Of a stretch of 25,482 nt of DNA, positions 15,794 to 23,576 are shown in pieces. Location: assembly GCA_015494375.1 (NCBI GenBank), contig WGBL01000213.1, positions 1 through 25,482 on the forward strand. The letters are read 5' to 3'. This DNA comes from Hyphomicrobiales bacterium. GTDB lineage: Bacteria > Pseudomonadota > Alphaproteobacteria > Rhizobiales > S144-23. The notes beneath the pieces were generated by a model that made no database searches, had not been told where the DNA came from, and was given only the letters and a program-made list of their open reading frames with translations. The first letter of the stretch is position 1; every line of letters begins with the position of its first letter. The position numbers and the translations under genes were made by a program.

Positions 15794-16711
15794 CTAATTC
15801 TTCCCCGTGCCCGTCTGCTCCCCGGGCGGTGGCGTACCGCTGACGGTGCGGATGACTGCCGACATGGGACGGCCACCGGCATTGGCGAGCCGACCCTTGA
15901 ATTTCGATTTCAGCTCCTTGTCGTACTTGGGCAGGCTGCTGACGGGCGCTTTCGCCGTCAGATGGACAACCCGGTAGCCCTTGTCCTTGAGCATCTTGAG
16001 GATCTTGGGCATGGCGCGGACCGTCGCCGGCTGGATATCGTGAAAGAGCAGAATGCCTTTGCCCTTCTTTTTCAGGACTTTGAAGAGCCGGCTGATGAGC
16101 CGCTTCTCGCTGCGAATCTTGAAATCAAAGGAATCGATATCGGTCGAGAACACCGCGAGATTGCGCTTGGCGAGATAATCGAGGAGTTCGGGCGAATCTT
16201 TGAGTTGCGGAAACCGGAAGAAGGGGGCGGCACTGTCCTTGACCGCAAAGCGCACCGCACTGATGGTGCTTTCGATCTCCTTTTCGGCCTCGAGAAAGCC
16301 CTTTTTCTTGACCAGCCGCGGCAGATTGGGGTGAGTCCATGTATGGCTGCCGATGGTATGGCCGTCACGGGCCACCTGGCGGAGCACCTCGGGGTAGCCG
16401 AAGGCCTGTTTGCCGGTCGGGAAGAATGTGGCTTTGACGCAGTGCTTGCGCAGCGCCTCGAGGAGCGGCACCGTGCGCTGCGGCAAGGGGCCGTCGTCGA
16501 AGGTGAGCACAACCTCGCCCGGTGCCAGAAAGTCATAGGCCTTGTAGTGCTCGAAACCGAACCCGGGGCCACCCGTTGTGTCGATCTCAACGACGCGGGA
16601 GACACCAAGCCCCTCCTTGTTGCCCGGACAGTTGCCTGCGAACGCGCCTGCCATCCCGCCGCCGATGCCGAGCAGGGCGGCCGCAATCGCAATCGCCAAT
16701 TTTTTGCTCAT
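15794..16711 (-). CDS. Polysaccharide deacetylase (NodB/CE4 family), exported
   Basis: TFDDGP, HTWTHP, FFRFP and ILLFHDI CE4 motifs. Signal peptide MSKKLAIAIAAALLGIGGGMAGAFA. ATG 16711 has GAAGGAG 6 nt upstream. Confidence 0.93.
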   Translation of the reverse strand: MSKKLAIAIAAALLGIGGGMAGAFAGNCPGNKEGLGVSRVVEIDTTGGPGFGFEHYKAYDFLAPGEVVLTFDDGPLPQRTVPLLEALRKHCVKATFFPTGKQAFGYPEVLRQVARDGHTIGSHTWTHPNLPRLVKKKGFLEAEKEIESTISAVRFAVKDSAAPFFRFPQLKDSPELLDYLAKRNLAVFSTDIDSFDFKIRSEKRLISRLFKVLKKKGKGILLFHDIQPATVRAMPKILKMLKDKGYRVVHLTAKAPVSSLPKYDKELKSKFKGRLANAGGRPMSAVIRTVSGTPPPGEQTGTGKN

Positions 16712-16856
16712 TGAACGCTCCTTCACCTCATCCCCGCATCATCCCCGCGGGCGTTCTTCTGTTTCCGGAGGTGCCCCATGGGCCCATAGGCGCACATGCC
16801 GCCATGCTAAGCGAGCCGCCCGGCAAAATCACGCAAAAACGCGCCGGCGTCTGTCG

Positions 16857-18650
16857 TCATCCTTCGTGATCCTTCGCAATATCCTTTGGTGGGCGCGCAT
16901 TGCTGGCAACGCGCGTCATGTTGCAAGGCGCAGCTCCTCCTGCTCGCTTTCCGGCAGCGGCTAGGGGCCTTACGGGGCGGCCCTGGCGCTGCCGGGCGCG
17001 CCATTCGGGATCGATCCAATAGGGCGCATTGGAGGCCGGCAGAAGCGGCCGGCCGCGGATCATGTCGGCCACGCGCTCGGCGACCATGATCGTGGGCGCA
17101 TTGAGATTGCCGTTCGTGATCACTGGGAAGACCGATGAATCGACAACGCGGAGGTTCTCAAGCCCGCGCACTCGGCAAGCCTCATCGAGCACCGCCTCAG
17201 GATCGTCGCGCGCGCCCATCTTGCACGTCGCACAAGGGTGATAGGCGCTTTCCGCATTCTCGCGGATCCACGCCTCGAGCTCATCGTCGCCCACAACGTC
17301 CGCCCCCGGCGCGATCTCGGGCCCGCGATAGGCGTCGAACGCCGGCTGTGCCACAACCTCGCGCGCAAGCCGCATGGCGATGCGAAAATCCTCCATATCG
17401 CCGGATGCCGAGAGATAGTTGAATCGAATCTCGGGCGGCTCGCGCACATCGGATGATTTGATGCGCACATGGCCGCGGCTTTTCATCTTGTTGGGCCCGA
17501 CATGGATCTGAAAGCCATGGCCGCGAACGGGCGCGCGGCCATCATAGCGCACGGCTGCGGGCAGAAAATGAAACTGCACGTCGGGCCACTTGATGCCGGC
17601 ACGCGAGCGGATGAATCCACAGGCCTCGAAATGATTGGTGGCGCCGAGCCCGGTGCGGAACAACAGCCACTCGAGCCCGATGCGCAACTTGCCGAAGGGG
17701 CCGAAATAGGCGTTGAGCGAGAGGGGCTCGAGGCAGCGGTATTGGCAAAGGGCCTCGAGGTGGTCCTGGAGGTTGGCGCCGACACCGGGCTTGTCGCACA
17801 ACACTTCGATTCCGGCGCGCCGGAGAACATTGGCGGGACCGATGCCCGAGAGCTGCAAGAGGACGGGCGAGCCGATGGCGCCCGCGGCCAGGATCACCTC
17901 CGAGCGACAGTGGGCCGTCAGCGTTTTGCCGCCCCGCTCGAAGACGACGCCCTTGGCCCGGTAGCCCTTGAAGACGATCCGCCGGGCGAGCGCATGGGTG
18001 AGAATGCGTAAGTTGGGCCGATGCGCGACGGGCTTGAGGTAGGCGTTGGCGGTCGACCAGCGCCAGCCGTTTTTCACCGTCATGTGCATGGGGCCGAAGC
18101 CCTCCTGGCGATAGCCGTTGTAATCGGGCGTCTCGAGATAGCCCGCCTCGACGCCGGCCTTTATGAAGGCGCGGTAGAGGGGGTTTTGCATGCCATTGCC
18201 ATTGCAGGTGGCAAGAGGCCCCTCGCCGCCGCGGTAATCGTCGGCGCCGCCCACCCAACTTTCGGCCTTGCGGAAATAGGGCAGGCAGTGGCGATAGCTC
18301 CAACCGCGGGCGCCGGCGCGCTCCCATTCGTCGAAGTCGCATGGATGCCCGCGGACATAGACCATGCCGTTGATCGACGAGGAGCCGCCAAGCACCTTGC
18401 CGCGGGGTGCATGCAGGCGGCGGCCGTTGAGCGCGCGCTCGGGCACGCTCTCAAAGCCCCAGTTGTAGCGGCGCATCCCCATGGGGATGGCAAACGCCGA
18501 GGGCATCTGAATGAAGATCGAGCGATCGCTGCCCCCGGCCTCGATCAGCAGCACCCGCGTTTGCGGGTCCTCGCTCAGGCGATTGGCGAGTACGGCGCCG
18601 GCCGAGCCGGCACCGACAATCACATAATCGGCCCTCAACTGATCGCCCAT
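16857..18650 (-). CDS. betA: Choline dehydrogenase (GMC oxidoreductase)
   Basis: 597 aa. [80 protein letters not shown]. The C-terminus has a low-complexity tail after the conserved end. Confidence 0.92.
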   Translation of the reverse strand: MGDQLRADYVIVGAGSAGAVLANRLSEDPQTRVLLIEAGGSDRSIFIQMPSAFAIPMGMRRYNWGFESVPERALNGRRLHAPRGKVLGGSSSINGMVYVRGHPCDFDEWERAGARGWSYRHCLPYFRKAESWVGGADDYRGGEGPLATCNGNGMQNPLYRAFIKAGVEAGYLETPDYNGYRQEGFGPMHMTVKNGWRWSTANAYLKPVAHRPNLRILTHALARRIVFKGYRAKGVVFERGGKTLTAHCRSEVILAAGAIGSPVLLQLSGIGPANVLRRAGIEVLCDKPGVGANLQDHLEALCQYRCLEPLSLNAYFGPFGKLRIGLEWLLFRTGLGATNHFEACGFIRSRAGIKWPDVQFHFLPAAVRYDGRAPVRGHGFQIHVGPNKMKSRGHVRIKSSDVREPPEIRFNYLSASGDMEDFRIAMRLAREVVAQPAFDAYRGPEIAPGADVVGDDELEAWIRENAESAYHPCATCKMGARDDPEAVLDEACRVRGLENLRVVDSSVFPVITNGNLNAPTIMVAERVADMIRGRPLLPASNAPYWIDPEWRARQRQGRPVRPLAAAGKRAGGAAPCNMTRVASNARPPKDIAKDHEG

Positions 18651-19025
18651 GGCACCGATCCACTGCTATGCCGTCCACACCCGGCTCCAATGCCATTGTT
18701 GGGCGGTGCCGACAAGTGCGCCTCATACCAGCTCAGCCGGCTTTTCCTACATTCCGGCGTGACCTTGCAATGCCGTCCATGGTGCCCTCAAGCCGGGCTA
18801 TCTGGGACAGCCCCTTGCAAATCAATCCGCGATTGCGCTTATCTTTTCCATGGACCTTTCTCCGTTTTCTGATTTGCACATCCCTCGTGCATGGCTCATT
18901 TGAGGCCGATTCGCCCAAGCGGCAAAGGGGGAAGGTCCATCCCATAATCCTCAACGTCATCAACTCAGTTGCGCGTCCTGAGCACCACTTGCACGCCTCG
19001 CCACCCTTGCCCGCTCCCACCCCTG

Positions 19026-19422
19026 GTCATGCCCGGGCGTGACCCACTGCTGTCCGGTAGATTTTTCTGGACATGGCGCATCGCATTGATTCTGCTCCGC
19101 TTCCAGATGGCTCGCGCATTCGGGACACGGTACGGTGCAGCGTTGACTCGCCATTGGTTGGTCCCTCCACCAGCCAGCTTTATTGCCCCCTCCCCCTCGA
19201 GGGGGAGGGTCGGCAAGAGGCGAACGACGAGCCGGAGGCAAGGAGCGGGAAGCTAAGGAGGGGGTGAATCGTGGTGTGCGGTCAATTGGTTATACACATT
19301 CGTTACCTTCCGCAATGACCCCCTCCCGGGCCTCGGGCTTCGCCCTCGGCCCGGCCTCCCCCTAGAAGGGGGAGGCAAAACAACAGTCAACCGGACAGCA
19401 GTGCGTCAAGCGCGGCAATAAC
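19026..19422. mobile_element. Non-autonomous REP/MITE-like element bounded by 33-bp imperfect inverted repeats
   Basis: Left gtcatgcccgggcgtgacccactgctgtccggt (19026-19058) versus reverse complement of 19390-19422, gttattgccgcgcttgacgcactgctgtccggt: 27/33 identical, inner 14 bp perfect. No transposase inside. Confidence 0.65.
19186..19376. repeat. Alphaproteobacterial-type intergenic palindromic mosaic (RIME/CIR-like)
   Basis: Perfect 22-bp palindrome CCCTCCCCCTCGAGGGGGAGGG (19188-19209); second hairpin CCTCCCCC-TAGAA-GGGGGAGG (19355-19375); inner inverted pair GGAGGGGGT (19257-19265) / ACCCCCTCC (19318-19326); hairpin CCGGGCC...GGCCCGG (19326-19354); GAATC at 19266-19270. Confidence 0.8.
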
Positions 19423-19584
19423 GTGTATTTTGTGTTTGTGTCTGTGCACCAGTCTCCACTTCCTGCGCATCGGGCAACGCTCGGGGCGGTACCGCGCTCG
19501 GGGGATATGCAGGAGATAAAAAGCAGCTGTCGTTGATCGTGCCGGGGGCACCTCCCTCAATTCTTGCGGACGGCGGCACCGCTC

Positions 19585-22500
19585 TCAATTCTCCTGCACG
19601 GCGAGCACGCCGTCCACCTCGGCCAGGGCGGCGGCGCGCTGGGGGGAGATGTCGCGCCTCTCGCCGAGCGCGAGGCTGACCTCGCGACCGAGGTCGGGAA
19701 GCCGTACGAGTAGCCGCACCTCGCCCGCGCCCCTTGCCGAGAGCAGCCCCGCCAGCTCATCGAGCGCCGTCGCACCATTGAGCACCACCGTCAGCCGCTC
19801 CTGCACCCGCCCCGCCGCCTCGTCGAGCGACTGCACCCGGTTCACCCTGAGCCGCATGCCCTCGCCATCGTGCTCACGCTCGGCTTCGAGCCGCACAATG
19901 ACGGTGCGCCCCGTCTCGAGCAACCCATCGGCATCTGCCAGCACATCGGAGAAGACGGCCGCCTCGAATTGTCCGCTGGTGTCGGAGAAGACGACAAAGG
20001 CAAAGCGATGCCCGCTCTTGGCGCGGCGTTCGCGACGGCTGACGACAACGCCCGCCAATGTGCCGTGGGCCTCGCCCCGCTCGATCCGCTCCGCAAATGC
20101 GCTCCAGGTCTCAACACCGAGCCTGTCCAGCACCCCCCGATAGTGATCGAGCGGATGGGCGCTCAGGTAAAAGCCCACCGCCTCGAACTCGCGCGCCAGC
20201 CGCTCGGCGGGCCGCCACGGCCTGGTGTGCACAAGCTCGATCGGGGCGGCGGCCACCTCGGCAGGACCATCGGCGAAAAGATCGTTCTGGCCCGAGGCGC
20301 GGTCGCTCGCCATGCGGTGGGCGGCGGCGAGAATGCGCTCGGTGCTCGCATGCAGGGCGCCGCGCTCGGCGCCCAGGCAATCGAGCGCGCCCGATGCTAT
20401 GAGCCGCTCGAGCGCCCGCTTGTTGATCGCTTGCGGCGCGAGCCGACGTGCAAAATCGCCGAGATCGCGATAGGTCCCGGCGCGCTCCCGCTCCGTGACG
20501 ATGGCCTCGGCGGTGCTCTCGCCAACGTTCTTGAGAGCCGCCAGACTGTAACGGATGGCATCCCCTTCCGGCACAAAGTCGTGAGACGAGTGGTTGATGC
20601 ATGGCGGCCGGATCTCGAGCCCCATGGCGCGCGCCTCATCGACAAAGACGGCAAGCTTGTCGGTGTTGCCAAGATCGAGCGTCATCGAGGCGGCCAGGAA
20701 GGCGACCGGATGGTTGGCCTTGAGATAGGCGGTCTGATAGGCGAGCAGCGCATAGGCCGCCGCGTGCGACTTGTTGAAGCCGTAGCCGGCAAACTTGTCG
20801 ACGAGCTCGAATATGTAATTGGCCTGCGCCTCATCCACGCCGTTGGCCACAGCCCCTTCGACAAAGCGCGAGCGCTGTTTGGCCATCTCGGCCTTGATCT
20901 TCTTGCCCATGGCCCGGCGCAACAGGTCGGCCTCGCCCAATGAGTAGCCCGAGAGCACCTGGGCGATCTGCATCACCTGCTCCTGATAGATGATGACGCC
21001 ATAGGTCTCCTCGAGGATGGGCGCCAGCATCTCGTGGGGGTAGCTCACGGGCTCGCGGCCATGCTTGCGGTTGATATAGGTGGGGATGTTGTCCATCGGC
21101 CCCGGCCGATAGAGCGAGACCATGGCGATGATGTCTTCGAAGCGGTCGGGCTTGAGCTGCTTGAGCGCCTCGCGCATGCCCGCCGACTCGAGCTGGAACA
21201 CGCCAATGGTCCGCCCCTCCGACAAGAGCTCGTAGGTCTTGGGATCATCGAGGCCCAAGCGGGCGAAATCGGGCGCCTCGCCCTCGCCCGATTTGCGGAT
21301 GAGCTCGAGCGTCTTGGCGATCACCGTGAGCGTCTTGAGGCCCAGAAAGTCGAACTTCACGAGCCCCGCCGCCTCCACCCACTTCATGTTGAACTGGGTG
21401 GCCGGGATGGCCGAGCGCGGGTCGCGATAGAGCGGCACCAGCTCGGTCAACGGGCGATCGCCGATGACCACACCTGCGGCATGGGTCGAGGCGTGGCGAT
21501 AGAGCCCTTCGAGCTTCTGGCCGATGTCGAGGAGCTTGGCCACCCGGGGGTCCTCGTCGCGCGCCTCGGCGAGCCGCGGCTCGTCGGCTATGGCTTCTGC
21601 GAGGCTTATGGGGTTGGCCGGGTTGTTGGGCACCATCTTAGAGAGCCGGTCGACCTGGCCATAGGGCATCTGCAACACCCGTCCCACGTCACGCAACACC
21701 ATGCGCGCTTGGAGCTTGCCGAAGGTGATGATCTGCGCCACCCGCTCGGCGCCGTATTTCTCCTGAACATAGCGGATGACCTCGTCGCGCCGTTCCTGGC
21801 AAAAGTCGATGTCGAAGTCGGGCATCGAGACCCGCTCAGGGTTGAGAAAGCGCTCAAAAAGGAGCCCGAACCGCAGGGGATCGAGGTCGGTGATGGTGAG
21901 CGCCCAGGCCACGACCGAGCCCGCACCCGAGCCGCGCCCCGGCCCCACGGGAATGCCTTGCGCCTTGGCCCACTTGATAAAGTCGGCAACGATCAGGAAA
22001 TAGCCCGGGTATTGCATATCGCGGATGACGCCGAGCTCGAAGGCGAGCCGCTCGTAATATGCGTCTTCCGTCGTGCCTGGCGCGGGGCCCGACCGTTTGA
22101 GCCGCGCCGCAAGCCCCGCCCGGGCCTGGCGCTCGAGCTCTTTTGCTTCGAGCGCCGTTTGCGCATCGTCCTTGCGGGCCGCGCCGCTGCTTACGAACGG
22201 CGGCAGGATGGGCGCCCGGCTCACTGGGCGGAAGGCCGAGCGCTGTGCCACCTCGATGGTGTTCTCGATTGCCTCTGGCAGATCGTTAAAGAGCGCGGCC
22301 ATCTCGTCCTGGCTCTTGAAATAATGCTCCGGTGTGAGGCGCCGGCGGTCGCGCTCGCTGATATAGCGCCCCTCGGCAATGCAGATGAGGGCGTCGTGGG
22401 CCTCATAGTCGTCGCGGCTTGGAAAATAGGGCTCGTTGGTGGCAACGAGCGGCAGCCCGTGCTCATAGGCGAGCGCGACCAGCCCGGGCTCAATGCGGCG

Positions 22501-23295
22501 CTCGCTCTCGAGCCCGTGGCGCTGCAGCTCGACATAGAGCCGGTCGCCGAAGATGTCGCGGAGCACAAGCAGGCGCTCTTCGGCGAGCGCACCCTGCCCG
22601 TCAGAGAGCGCGCGGTCGATGGGCCCCTCGGGGCCGCCCGTGAGTGCAATCAGCCCCTCGGCATGCGCGGCCAGAAGGGCGAGGGTGACATGGGGCTCGT
22701 GCGTCTCGGCATGGTCGAGATAGGCGCGACTCGCAAGCGCCATGAGGTTGCGATAGCCGGTCTCGTCTTTTGCGAGGAGTGCGATCTCGCCATCGCTTGC
22801 TTGTTTGCGCTCGTCAGAAGCCTCGCCGGGCGCCGTGCCATTCTCGCCATTCCTGCCGCAAGGTGAGGCTGCCGGGCCCCTTCCGTCGGCTCTGGCCGGG
22901 CTTGCGAACGAAAGCGCAAGCGTCGAGCCAATGATCGGCTGAATGCCGGCGGCCGCCACTTTCTCAGAGAACTCGAGGGCACCGAAGAGATTGTTGCTGT
23001 CGGTGATGGCCAGCGCCACGGCGCCATCGGCCTTGGTCAGCTCAACGAGGCGATCGATGGGCAGCGCGCCTTCGAGCAGCGAATAGGCCGTGTGGGTGCG
23101 CAGATGGACGAAGAGGGGCCGCCTGGCGGCCTCTGCTCGTGCGCGGGCCGAGGCCTTGGCCGCTTTCTTCGCGGACCGTGGCCTGGTGGCCGAGGTTGGT
23201 GCGGGGGCTCCTTTACCACTTGGGCCTCTTCTTCGCCGTCCGCTTCGCCCCCCGCTTCGCTCCGCGGTCTGTCGTACCTTCGTTGCCTTTGCCAT
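19585..23295 (-). CDS. dnaE: DNA polymerase III subunit alpha
   Basis: 1236 aa. PHP (HLRTHTAYSLLEG, ITDSNNLFG), GPGRGSGAGS, FERFLNPERVSMPDFDID, KFDFLGLKTLT, GVFQLES, LYRPGP, FAGYGFNKSH, OB fold. No intein or frameshift. ATG 23295 has GGAAGG 5 nt upstream. Confidence 0.98.
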   Translation of the reverse strand: MAKATKVRQTAERSGGRSGRRRRGPSGKGAPAPTSATRPRSAKKAAKASARARAEAARRPLFVHLRTHTAYSLLEGALPIDRLVELTKADGAVALAITDSNNLFGALEFSEKVAAAGIQPIIGSTLALSFASPARADGRGPAASPCGRNGENGTAPGEASDERKQASDGEIALLAKDETGYRNLMALASRAYLDHAETHEPHVTLALLAAHAEGLIALTGGPEGPIDRALSDGQGALAEERLLVLRDIFGDRLYVELQRHGLESERRIEPGLVALAYEHGLPLVATNEPYFPSRDDYEAHDALICIAEGRYISERDRRRLTPEHYFKSQDEMAALFNDLPEAIENTIEVAQRSAFRPVSRAPILPPFVSSGAARKDDAQTALEAKELERQARAGLAARLKRSGPAPGTTEDAYYERLAFELGVIRDMQYPGYFLIVADFIKWAKAQGIPVGPGRGSGAGSVVAWALTITDLDPLRFGLLFERFLNPERVSMPDFDIDFCQERRDEVIRYVQEKYGAERVAQIITFGKLQARMVLRDVGRVLQMPYGQVDRLSKMVPNNPANPISLAEAIADEPRLAEARDEDPRVAKLLDIGQKLEGLYRHASTHAAGVVIGDRPLTELVPLYRDPRSAIPATQFNMKWVEAAGLVKFDFLGLKTLTVIAKTLELIRKSGEGEAPDFARLGLDDPKTYELLSEGRTIGVFQLESAGMREALKQLKPDRFEDIIAMVSLYRPGPMDNIPTYINRKHGREPVSYPHEMLAPILEETYGVIIYQEQVMQIAQVLSGYSLGEADLLRRAMGKKIKAEMAKQRSRFVEGAVANGVDEAQANYIFELVDKFAGYGFNKSHAAAYALLAYQTAYLKANHPVAFLAASMTLDLGNTDKLAVFVDEARAMGLEIRPPCINHSSHDFVPEGDAIRYSLAALKNVGESTAEAIVTERERAGTYRDLGDFARRLAPQAINKRALERLIASGALDCLGAERGALHASTERILAAAHRMASDRASGQNDLFADGPAEVAAAPIELVHTRPWRPAERLAREFEAVGFYLSAHPLDHYRGVLDRLGVETWSAFAERIERGEAHGTLAGVVVSRRERRAKSGHRFAFVVFSDTSGQFEAAVFSDVLADADGLLETGRTVIVRLEAEREHDGEGMRLRVNRVQSLDEAAGRVQERLTVVLNGATALDELAGLLSARGAGEVRLLVRLPDLGREVSLALGERRDISPQRAAALAEVDGVLAVQEN

Positions 23296-23403
23296 TCACG
23301 CCTTCCCGGATCGGCTTGCACACGATCGCAACGCGCGTGGTCTCGTGCCCCCGCGAGTGCTCTGCTCCCCGTGCCCTGCACAGCGCACTGGTCGTGCGAG
23401 GCG

Positions 23404-23471
23404 CCCGACTGAGCCCGACTCACGGGCCCGACCAAGGCCCGACTCGCCGCCGACTCACAAATCCCGACTCA
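23404..23471 (-). promoter_or_regulatory. Tandem CCGAC(T/C) repeat array containing four GANTC (CcrM) sites upstream of dnaE
   Basis: Six units spaced 10-13 bp. GACTC at 23417, 23441, 23452 and 23466, reading TGAGTCG, CGAGTCG, TGAGTCG and TGAGTCG on the dnaE coding strand. Confidence 0.7.
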
Positions 23472-23576
23472 CTAATACTGAATAATGCCCGCCCCACGCC
23501 CCACTGCAACCGGCCGAGGGGCGGGCGGTGGACGAGCCGCGCAGCGAGGCGCGAGGCGCCTCAGTGGCAAGGCGCC

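Noticed and set aside
18815-18835. Possible BetI operator (AATCAAT) upstream of betA
   Set aside because: Only a half-site without the matching inverted half, and no betI in the window.
18651-19584. Short ORFs in the betA-dnaE interval (e.g. 18668..19042, 18960..19241, 19183..19365)
   Set aside because: They run through palindromic repeats, lack SD sequences and coding-like composition, and resemble no transposase or known family.
19585-23295. Intein or split in dnaE
   Set aside because: The sequence is collinear with canonical DnaE through the usual insertion sites. No C/S...HN splice motifs and no frameshift.
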